A stretch of 64,000 nt of DNA, from the IMG/VR virus record IMGVR_UViG_3300015370_000568, positions 67,085-131,084 of that record; one strand, 5' to 3'. Positions 57,343 through 64,000 of the stretch are shown one piece after another. Source of the DNA: a virus. The notes under the pieces were generated by a model. The model saw only the letters and a list, made by a program, of their open reading frames with translations, ran no database searches and had not been told where the DNA came from. Every line of letters starts with the position of its first letter. Position 1 is the first letter of the stretch. Both the position numbers and the translations under genes were made by a program.

Positions 57343-59244
57343 TTACAGCGTTGCCGCAAGACTCATTGTGATCGTAATGCGCCGCAGTTCGAACTCAGGC
57401 ACCAGAACTAGCTCGATTGTCGCTTCACCTGAGATTTCCTGGTTAGTTGTAGCAGAAACGTCGCAATAGCCTCCCTTCAAACCATGACCCACATAACGAC
57501 CAACCACTGAATCAATTTGGGTCTTCAGAGCTGCCCGCTGTAGAGCAGAGTTAGCTTCACCAATGAAGGGATCACATACGATTCGAATATCATTCAGCAC
57601 TCGCTTGACTGTCTGAACAGTAGACTGCCGCTGATAATCACTATCAGGACGAGCCGCTGTAGGTGCATCTACCCACACAACACCCTTGGTTCGCTTGCCA
57701 ATCATGACATAACGGAACCGGCTCAGAGCATCAAGCTTAGTCAGATTGACGCGATAAGGTAGACGTGCCTTCCGAACCAACTTGTTAGTCGGAGCAGAAC
57801 CAGTCCCTAGACTAGACACAAAGCCAGCATAAGCAGCCGACATGTTTGTGATATAGCCGTTGCCAGTCGTATCCCAAGGAGTATTCAGAACTCCCCAGCC
57901 AGCTACAATACTGAGATACTTGCCGATATCAATCAGATGGCCGTTCCCATCAATCTGTTCGATACTACCACTTTGAGTAGGATACTCATCGGCTGTCAGA
58001 ACGAAACCACCATAAGCAGCACCTGACCGATAAGTGCTCTTCCCGGCCATAAACTTGTTACCAAGAAGACCAGTCCCATTATCAGCAGCAGCCGCGACAT
58101 ATAGATTCTGGTCATCATCATAACTATATGTAGGAGCCTTACCAATCCAGGAAATGACTGAAGCTGAATCCAGACCATGAGGCGGCAATACTCCAATCAT
58201 TCCTACACACTCATGTGTGCTAACCGATTGGTTATAGCAGAAGTCTGCTAGTTGATAAGCAAAGTTGACTTCCCGGAAATCAGCAGTTGTCAGAGTTGTT
58301 CCTTCTGCATCAGTTGTTGCACTAGATAGACCGACACTTGGATACAGCTCAGCAACACCATCTCCATTCAGGTCCCACCAGAAATACCATTCACCTAGAT
58401 ACTCTTGAGCAAAGAGTTTACCAAGACCATCATATTGCGTTTGAGTTAGGGGAAGAGGATAAGTCTGTGGTGTAGCCGGAGTATATCCACTAAAGAGAGT
58501 AGGAGACTCGACTACGTTAGCGACATCCATATAGACTTCCATAGGCACAACGAAGTCCATAGCCTCGTTTTCAAGCAGCTTATAGGCTGCAAACAGAAGC
58601 TCATACTTCTTCATATAGCTAGGAGCTGCAGCTCCAACACCATCACTACCAGCCAGATAGGTCAGGCCGACAGGAGGATCGTCAAAGTCTACACCATCAT
58701 CTGGACCAGGATCGCCAGTAACAGGAATTGTTCCAATATCCGACCCTGAAGCATCATAAGTGCCGGTAACTGCAACAATACCACCATCTACATCAGCACC
58801 TGGAGAACCATCGAAATCACGATGATAAACTAGATCGCCAGAAGCACCCCAAACAAAAAGCTCTGCTTCACTTTGGTCCCAAGCTAACTTGACACCATCA
58901 GCAGCGGTTGCGTCTTTCTGAATAGTCTTGATGACGATACCGGAATCGATACCGCTCATCACAGAGCCTACACCACCTAGAGTGCAGACATCACCACCAA
59001 AACGCCATAGCCGGAAATTCTTTCCGCCCCAACCATAAGCTTCCATCAGGCCACGAGTAAGAGACCCCTCAAAGCCAAACTCAGTAACGCCTTCAGTCGG
59101 GCTGGTGATTCTGTAGTAAGTCTCAGATTCACCTTTGGCAGCAGTACCAAGAATTAGGATTTCAGGAGCTGCTGCTATTTCTTGCAGAGTTAGCTTTCCA
59201 TCCAGTTTGTTGGTAGTTACACCAGGAAGATTTTCGAAGCTCAT
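57343..59244 (-). CDS. Contractile tail sheath protein
   Basis: N-terminal LPGV, LILGTAAKG; C-terminal FIGEAN...IELVLVPEFELRRITITMSL. Confidence 0.88.
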   Translation of the reverse strand: MSFENLPGVTTNKLDGKLTLQEIAAAPEILILGTAAKGESETYYRITSPTEGVTEFGFEGSLTRGLMEAYGWGGKNFRLWRFGGDVCTLGGVGSVMSGIDSGIVIKTIQKDATAADGVKLAWDQSEAELFVWGASGDLVYHRDFDGSPGADVDGGIVAVTGTYDASGSDIGTIPVTGDPGPDDGVDFDDPPVGLTYLAGSDGVGAAAPSYMKKYELLFAAYKLLENEAMDFVVPMEVYMDVANVVESPTLFSGYTPATPQTYPLPLTQTQYDGLGKLFAQEYLGEWYFWWDLNGDGVAELYPSVGLSSATTDAEGTTLTTADFREVNFAYQLADFCYNQSVSTHECVGMIGVLPPHGLDSASVISWIGKAPTYSYDDDQNLYVAAAADNGTGLLGNKFMAGKSTYRSGAAYGGFVLTADEYPTQSGSIEQIDGNGHLIDIGKYLSIVAGWGVLNTPWDTTGNGYITNMSAAYAGFVSSLGTGSAPTNKLVRKARLPYRVNLTKLDALSRFRYVMIGKRTKGVVWVDAPTAARPDSDYQRQSTVQTVKRVLNDIRIVCDPFIGEANSALQRAALKTQIDSVVGRYVGHGLKGGYCDVSATTNQEISGEATIELVLVPEFELRRITITMSLAATL

Positions 59245-59256
59245 GCTTAATGCCTC

Positions 59257-60006
59257 CTAGACTAGATAATTCCGGTTGACGTCTACTACGATGCGTGTCA
59301 AAGTCTTCTCACTCATTGTTGAAATCAACTCGGTTCTCACAAAATATCGCAGGGGCCTTCCATAGATTTTGTTCTTATCTTGCCCCTTTGCAACCTCTCT
59401 ATCACGTCCATCATACAATACTTTTGCCACTCCGCAACTGCGGAAGAACCATTCCATCTCGAACATCAGCTTCTCTAACCAGATAGACCGGTCATTAGCT
59501 TCTTTGTTTGTTCTGCACCAAGGAGTAAGGGTAATGATGTTGTCATACCAATAGCCAAACACTAGTAATCGATACCCAGGATTATTAGGGTCAGCCGTTA
59601 CTTCTCGAAGTATTGGGCCGCGATTCTTTACTGTCCCTTCAAAAGGACCACCCTGCGAAAAACTACCAGGTGCCCGACGAGCAATAGAACATGTAATAGT
59701 AGTCGTTTGTAAAGGAATATCAGGGTCTTCGTAAGTAAAAATTACTCTGTTCTGTTCCGGTTTGCCTTCCTGGATTTCATATTGAACAATGACTTGTCTG
59801 ACTAGCTCAAAGAATTCATAGATATTCTTGGCTGGGTCAGGTGTTCTAGAATACTGAGTTGTCTGTGTCATGCCAAGACGAGCAGGAGTATATCGACTTA
59901 AAAGATTAGAAACATGTTTCTGAACAAAAATCTTGGCATTATCTTCGTCTCTAAATTCTTCAATCTTTTCGGCAGTTAAGAGACTAGTGTCTAGTTTACT
60001 GGACAT
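59257..60006 (-). CDS. Putative tail completion/terminator (neck) protein
   Basis: Directly upstream of the sheath; YDN.I...W..T...A...RPLRYFVRTE pattern. Confidence 0.55.
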   Translation of the reverse strand: MSSKLDTSLLTAEKIEEFRDEDNAKIFVQKHVSNLLSRYTPARLGMTQTTQYSRTPDPAKNIYEFFELVRQVIVQYEIQEGKPEQNRVIFTYEDPDIPLQTTTITCSIARRAPGSFSQGGPFEGTVKNRGPILREVTADPNNPGYRLLVFGYWYDNIITLTPWCRTNKEANDRSIWLEKLMFEMEWFFRSCGVAKVLYDGRDREVAKGQDKNKIYGRPLRYFVRTELISTMSEKTLTRIVVDVNRNYLV

Positions 60007-60613
60007 CGCTACCTAAACCTCGTCCGTCGATATCATCAGAATGGACGGTAAATTTCCAATATTCAATACGGCCGCTAACAGAACGAATAGGAATAGCAGT
60101 ACCAAGCCGATAGACTCTTTCTCTTTGGTAAGGGACAACAAGAGCACCTTCAACTGTCCGTTTCATAGAGACTATTCTGTCTTCAATATGACCACGAATA
60201 ATAGTTGGTTCGACTAGATAGTCAGTATAAATAACCATTCGCGGAACTCTTAAAAGACCTGGTTCTTCATACTCTTCTCGAAGAGCCATAGCTGAATCAA
60301 GACCAACCTCGACAAGATAGTAGTCCAGCCAGCTTTCGTCCCATAAATGTCCCATACCAAGACAGAGTTCACAATCAGGGTCTCTATCTGGCTCATGTGT
60401 AACTAAGTCTACACAAGAACATCTAATCATTCTACCTTGACCATCGACTCTCATTTTTCTATAGAGACCGCGTTGAGCATGAGCAACTTCTTGTCCTGAA
60501 CCATAAAGAAAATCACGAAGTTCAGTTCGTAAATCTCCTTCATAAGGGTCTAGAATAAGCCGACGATTAGCTGGAGGAACAGCAGTGCCCCAGATATCAA
60601 GGTTATTAGACAT
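59996..60613 (-). CDS. Putative head-closure/neck protein with Cys4 zinc site
   Basis: RCSC...CELCLGMG, DRIV, GRIEYW; position in the neck block. Confidence 0.55.
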   Translation of the reverse strand: MSNNLDIWGTAVPPANRRLILDPYEGDLRTELRDFLYGSGQEVAHAQRGLYRKMRVDGQGRMIRCSCVDLVTHEPDRDPDCELCLGMGHLWDESWLDYYLVEVGLDSAMALREEYEEPGLLRVPRMVIYTDYLVEPTIIRGHIEDRIVSMKRTVEGALVVPYQRERVYRLGTAIPIRSVSGRIEYWKFTVHSDDIDGRGLGSDVQ

Positions 60614-61596
60614 TAACCTTTGAGTCTCCTAGATAGATATGTCTTGGAATATCTACGAAGATATGGCCCTTTATATTTTACATTTCCAGCAGGCATGATT
60701 CTACCAGAAATATCTGCATCAGGACTAATCCAGTCACGACCGAAAGCAGGACGGTCTAAGTCATTATCACCCTTCACAAAATGAGCTGCTCGTTTGATTT
60801 TTACTCCACCAGATTCCATAGCTGGTAGCCAATCTTCCATACAAGCAAGAGCTTTCTCGAGAGCAATCTTGGCTTGATTCTCATGCCAAGTCACATCATG
60901 GTCGCCTACTCTCTTTCTCTTAATATCAAAGTCTTGCATAGCCTCAAGAAGAAGAACTTCTTCAGCTCTACATCTAGTCCACATTCTCCTGGCGAAGAGG
61001 AAATAATCACTCAGCGCTACAGTATCTGGACTTACAAGAGACCTATCATTAGCTTCCAAGGAAGCAGAAAGAATAGCCCGCCAAATAGTATCTTTCGGGA
61101 TATTCCTGACATACCTGCCGATATCAAGCATAATCTGATTATAGTGTGTATAGGTAGGAGTATATTCTGTCGTGAAATAAAACTCGTAATCTTCTTCTAA
61201 ACTCCCTCCTTCCGAAGAACGCACATCCTTATCTATTGTAATTGTTACTACATTGTTAGAACGCAGACTTGTTTCAGTGATAATACCTGAATCAACAACA
61301 TTGAAGTCAAAGACATATGAAAGAGCTTCCCCATCTAACCAACCTGTCCATCTATCATGCCATACACCAGCAGTAGGATTATAAGGGACAGTATAGGTAG
61401 AAACATACACTCCTGTACTAGGACTAACAGGAGTAAGCATAGCTAGAGCAGTAGAAAAATCGCTTACATCTCCGTCAGGGTCAAAGATATAAGTGGCAAC
61501 TCCACTAGCAACAGCCAAATCTTCAGCAGAATTACGGATATAAACTACTAACTCGAGGTCATGACCTGGCGAAGCTGCTGTTCGTGTTTGAGGCAT
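60613..61596 (-). CDS. Putative head-tail adaptor with N-terminal Ig-like domains
   Basis: TGVYVSTYTVP..GVWHDRW and DVRS..G.SLEEDYEFYFTT Ig-like segments; helical C-half with KRVGDHDV. Confidence 0.5.
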   Translation of the reverse strand: MPQTRTAASPGHDLELVVYIRNSAEDLAVASGVATYIFDPDGDVSDFSTALAMLTPVSPSTGVYVSTYTVPYNPTAGVWHDRWTGWLDGEALSYVFDFNVVDSGIITETSLRSNNVVTITIDKDVRSSEGGSLEEDYEFYFTTEYTPTYTHYNQIMLDIGRYVRNIPKDTIWRAILSASLEANDRSLVSPDTVALSDYFLFARRMWTRCRAEEVLLLEAMQDFDIKRKRVGDHDVTWHENQAKIALEKALACMEDWLPAMESGGVKIKRAAHFVKGDNDLDRPAFGRDWISPDADISGRIMPAGNVKYKGPYLRRYSKTYLSRRLKG

Positions 61597-61616
61597 ACTC
61601 TACAACTCCCACCCAC

Positions 61617-61629
61617 CTATTCTAGCATG
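61617..61629 (-). promoter_or_regulatory. Putative extended -10 promoter CATG-C-TAGAAT-AG for neck/sheath/tube genes
   Basis: TGnTAGAAT in a 35-bp intergenic gap, followed by a GGGAG ribosome-binding site. Confidence 0.45.
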
Positions 61630-61631
61630 AA

Positions 61632-62123
61632 CTACTGCTTTCGAAACTCTGTCACTAAATCCCACTCAGAATCTAAATGCTGACCGTCAATATCATGATT
61701 GATTATACCTTTGAAAGAATGCATCACTTCATGAGCTAAAGCAGTCTCTTTAAGATTTGGCAGCCAACCTACTGTAATTACTTGTGAATCTTCCACATCA
61801 CATGCTCCATTGAGCCATTCTTTCTTACATCTGAAAGGCTTACTTTCCCAGGTAAGTTTCATACCTGAAAGGACACGTCGCATATCTTCCATAGAAAAGA
61901 TAGGCTGACTAGCTAAAAAGAGCATATAAGAAGCAAAGAAATTCTCTAATTCAGCTTTGGTTGTATATTCAGACCAATGATTAGAATGGGTAAAAACTTG
62001 AACACCATGAGAAGTGACGAACTTTCTACGTTTTCCTAACCAACGAACAAGTAGCCAGATGCCTCCACATAGAAGAAAAGCAGCACAAAAGCCGACAATA
62101 AGCCAGACCCACCACTCTTCCAT
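61632..62123 (-). CDS. Membrane-anchored HExxH (zincin-like) protein
   Basis: N-terminal hydrophobic helix followed by KRRK; ALAHEVMH...H motif. Confidence 0.6.
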   Translation of the reverse strand: MEEWWVWLIVGFCAAFLLCGGIWLLVRWLGKRRKFVTSHGVQVFTHSNHWSEYTTKAELENFFASYMLFLASQPIFSMEDMRRVLSGMKLTWESKPFRCKKEWLNGACDVEDSQVITVGWLPNLKETALAHEVMHSFKGIINHDIDGQHLDSEWDLVTEFRKQ

Positions 62124-62578
62124 TATGGACTGGTACCACCTGTTGACGGTTCTATAGACACAACAGGGGCAGGAGAGGATTGTGCTTTAGCTCCATTGAC
62201 AACCCAATTAACAGTAATCTGAAGACCTAGGAAACCAAGAACAGCTGCTATCAAGAGGAGAAATTTCATAGGCCGAGAGGCTTTATCCATCCAATTGTCT
62301 TTCTTAGTTTCTGGCTGAATTACAGCAATACTATGTACTCCTGTAACTTCTTTCTGCGGTCTTGCTACTCCCATTTGTCCTTCTATTCGAAACACAGCAG
62401 AACGAATTTCTCCTACATCAGTTTTGATATCAGGAATAGGGGCTACTCGAACTTGTAATTGTTGAACTCCGGTCCTTAATTCCTTGATATCATCACCATG
62501 CGATTCAAGAGTACGCATGATAAGTTTCTTGTCTTCTCTATACCCATTATGCTCACTATCACTGGGTTTCGCTGGCAC
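62123..62578 (-). CDS. Coiled-coil protein with single C-terminal transmembrane helix (holin/XhlA-like architecture)
   Basis: Heptad N-region, FLLLIAAVLGFLGLQITV helix; GGAGG ribosome-binding site and GTG start. Confidence 0.45.
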   Translation of the reverse strand: MPAKPSDSEHNGYREDKKLIMRTLESHGDDIKELRTGVQQLQVRVAPIPDIKTDVGEIRSAVFRIEGQMGVARPQKEVTGVHSIAVIQPETKKDNWMDKASRPMKFLLLIAAVLGFLGLQITVNWVVNGAKAQSSPAPVVSIEPSTGGTSP

Positions 62579-62600
62579 AGCACAACCTCCACATAAGAGA

Positions 62601-62903
62601 CTACTGACTAGAAATAGGCTTCAAGATAGGAAGGTCAGGAGCATCATTAAGAGTCTCCTGAGGACTATAGGCTACTACAACATAGCCAGTAGGAGTATGA
62701 ACTACATGCTTACTGGTTAATCCATAATCTTGGCGGAACTTATCTAAAAGTTCCTCTACTCTTTCGGCAATCTCTTGAATCTTTCGAGAACCTTCTCGTT
62801 GTACTTTCTCAGCTTCACGTTCAAGAGCTACCAATTGAGTCACAACATCATTAGGAGCTAGTCCAACAGGAATTAAATTGGCCGGAATCTTCTTAGCACT
62901 CAT
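62601..62903 (-). CDS. Hypothetical coiled-coil protein
   Basis: 100-aa ORF with AGGA ribosome-binding site. Confidence 0.55.
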   Translation of the reverse strand: MSAKKIPANLIPVGLAPNDVVTQLVALEREAEKVQREGSRKIQEIAERVEELLDKFRQDYGLTSKHVVHTPTGYVVVAYSPQETLNDAPDLPILKPISSQ

Positions 62904-62917
62904 AAAACACTTCCTTT

Positions 62918-63193
62918 CTAACGAACTCTAATAGGTTGAATATCAATTGCTCCTGGACCATCATCTGGAACAGGAACTTCCGCCGTATTCAGAATATCTT
63001 TTACTTCTCTTTGCTTTACTGCTGTCAGATATCTAAACTTACCAAGAACTTGCTGGTCTACATCAACAGCCCAACGTGCAGCTTCTCTATCAATTGCCGC
63101 CTGGAGATGTTCAATAAGAGTTCCTCCATAGGCTTCAACCATAGCTGCTGCCAAATCCTTATCAATTGTCACTGTTACACTTTCAGTTGCCAT
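62918..63193 (-). CDS. Hypothetical protein
   Basis: 91-aa ORF with AGGAGG ribosome-binding site. Confidence 0.6.
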   Translation of the reverse strand: MATESVTVTIDKDLAAAMVEAYGGTLIEHLQAAIDREAARWAVDVDQQVLGKFRYLTAVKQREVKDILNTAEVPVPDDGPGAIDIQPIRVR

Positions 63194-63205
63194 TTCTTTC
63201 CTCCT

Positions 63206-64000
63206 TTACGGTAAATACTCTGGAGTACCACCACCCCGAGTAAAGTAAGTTGCTTGACTTGCATTCTGTCCATTAGTTTGATTGATAGTATACGTATCCT
63301 CTAAATCACCGTTAATAAACAGATATTCAATAGTCTTATCCGGAAATGTTCCATCTTCAGGAAGCTGATCTTGATAACCTAAACCACCACCATAAAGGTT
63401 AGGAACCCATATGGCTGGATCAGGAAAAGAACCACCAGTAGATTGAAACCATGATCTAACCTGGGCAGACCGTCCTTTCAGACTGTAGTCGATAAATGCT
63501 GTATTATATCCTGCACCTAGATATCCAGTATATCTATTACCATTAGTCATTGCAGCAGGAAATGCTGGCTTAGTTCCAGAAAACACACCAACAATTTCTT
63601 GATTATTTGCCCAGACTCTAACTCTATCAGCTTCTATAGCTTCATCGCCATCCCATTGTAAATAGAGATGAAACCATTCACCACTTGCTGGAGGACTAGG
63701 CAACGTGAAATCACAATATCGATAAAGAGCAGCCCCGTAATATTCGTAGTAAGACCAACGAATATAAGGAGCAGGACCAGCCGTATAGTAGAAAATAGTC
63801 TGTTCGTAAGCAGGAATAAGAGCATCATATAATACAGCATGATTAGCTACATCATCAAACTTCAGCCACATACTGAAGCCCCACTTCACCATATTATCAT
63901 GCCATCCAGTAAGAGGATTAGGATTCCAGTTGATAGAAGCATCATTCCAGTTCCAACCACAGCCACCCCAATAACCAGGTAAATCAATAGCATCAATAGC
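63206..64000 (-). CDS. LamG/concanavalin-A-like domain virion protein (5' truncated by window)
   Basis: FSMWLK, GEWFHLYLQWDG, RVRVWANN, LKGRSAQVRSW. The frame is open from 63892 to 64000 (AIDAIDLPGYWGGCGW...), so the true start is outside the window. Confidence 0.7.
   Translation of the reverse strand, partial: AIDAIDLPGYWGGCGWNWNDASINWNPNPLTGWHDNMVKWGFSMWLKFDDVANHAVLYDALIPAYEQTIFYYTAGPAPYIRWSYYEYYGAALYRYCDFTLPSPPASGEWFHLYLQWDGDEAIEADRVRVWANNQEIVGVFSGTKPAFPAAMTNGNRYTGYLGAGYNTAFIDYSLKGRSAQVRSWFQSTGGSFPDPAIWVPNLYGGGLGYQDQLPEDGTFPDKTIEYLFINGDLEDTYTINQTNGQNASQATYFTRGGGTPEYLP

Noticed and set aside
36014-59244. Extracellular contractile injection system or tailocin rather than a phage
   Set aside because: Neck/adaptor-like genes upstream of the sheath, very large tape proteins, an intein and the absence of an Afp15-like AAA ATPase fit a phage better. 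Not fully excluded, because head genes lie outside the window.
714-63214. Dozens of short plus-strand ORFs and nested minus-strand ORFs in the track
   Set aside because: All lie antisense to or inside well-supported genes and show no recognisable motifs; treated as shadow ORFs.
63206-63892. ORF-track start at 63892 for the LamG-like gene
   Set aside because: The frame stays open to the window edge, so the gene is truncated rather than 228 aa.
1-64000. tRNA, rRNA, CRISPR array, diversity-generating retroelement or long DNA repeats
   Set aside because: Intergenic gaps are at most about 100 bp, and no cloverleaf, repeat-spacer pattern, reverse transcriptase or template/variable repeat pair was seen by eye.

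Overview
This window is a densely packed, entirely minus-strand segment of what appears to be a large contractile-tailed (myovirus-like) bacteriophage genome. No capsid, portal or terminase gene lies inside it. Read in transcription order from right to left, it holds a LamG-type virion protein (cut by the right edge), small membrane proteins, neck/adaptor proteins, the tail sheath, three tube-family paralogues, two chaperone-like proteins and two tape-measure-like giant proteins. These are followed by a baseplate hub with an M23 peptidase, gp25-like and J-like wedge proteins, about ten further baseplate/fibre proteins and an actin-fold ATPase. The window ends in a glycan synthesis/modification cluster of at least 15 genes that runs off the left edge: six glycosyltransferases (one with an intein), WbpB/WbpD/WbpE-like enzymes, an LpxD-like acyltransferase, a sulfotransferase, a PIG-L deacetylase, a methyltransferase and an esterase. 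Two signals stand out. (1) The 1607-aa tape-measure-position protein carries, in the correct order, motifs resembling both the beta and beta-prime double-psi-barrel cores of cellular RNA polymerase, including a DYDAD catalytic triad, making it a candidate single-chain virion RNA polymerase. (2) Several virion proteins are strongly enriched in Ser-Gly dipeptides, a possible O-glycosylation sequon served by the adjacent glycan cluster. All calls come from reading motifs by eye; no database search was run.
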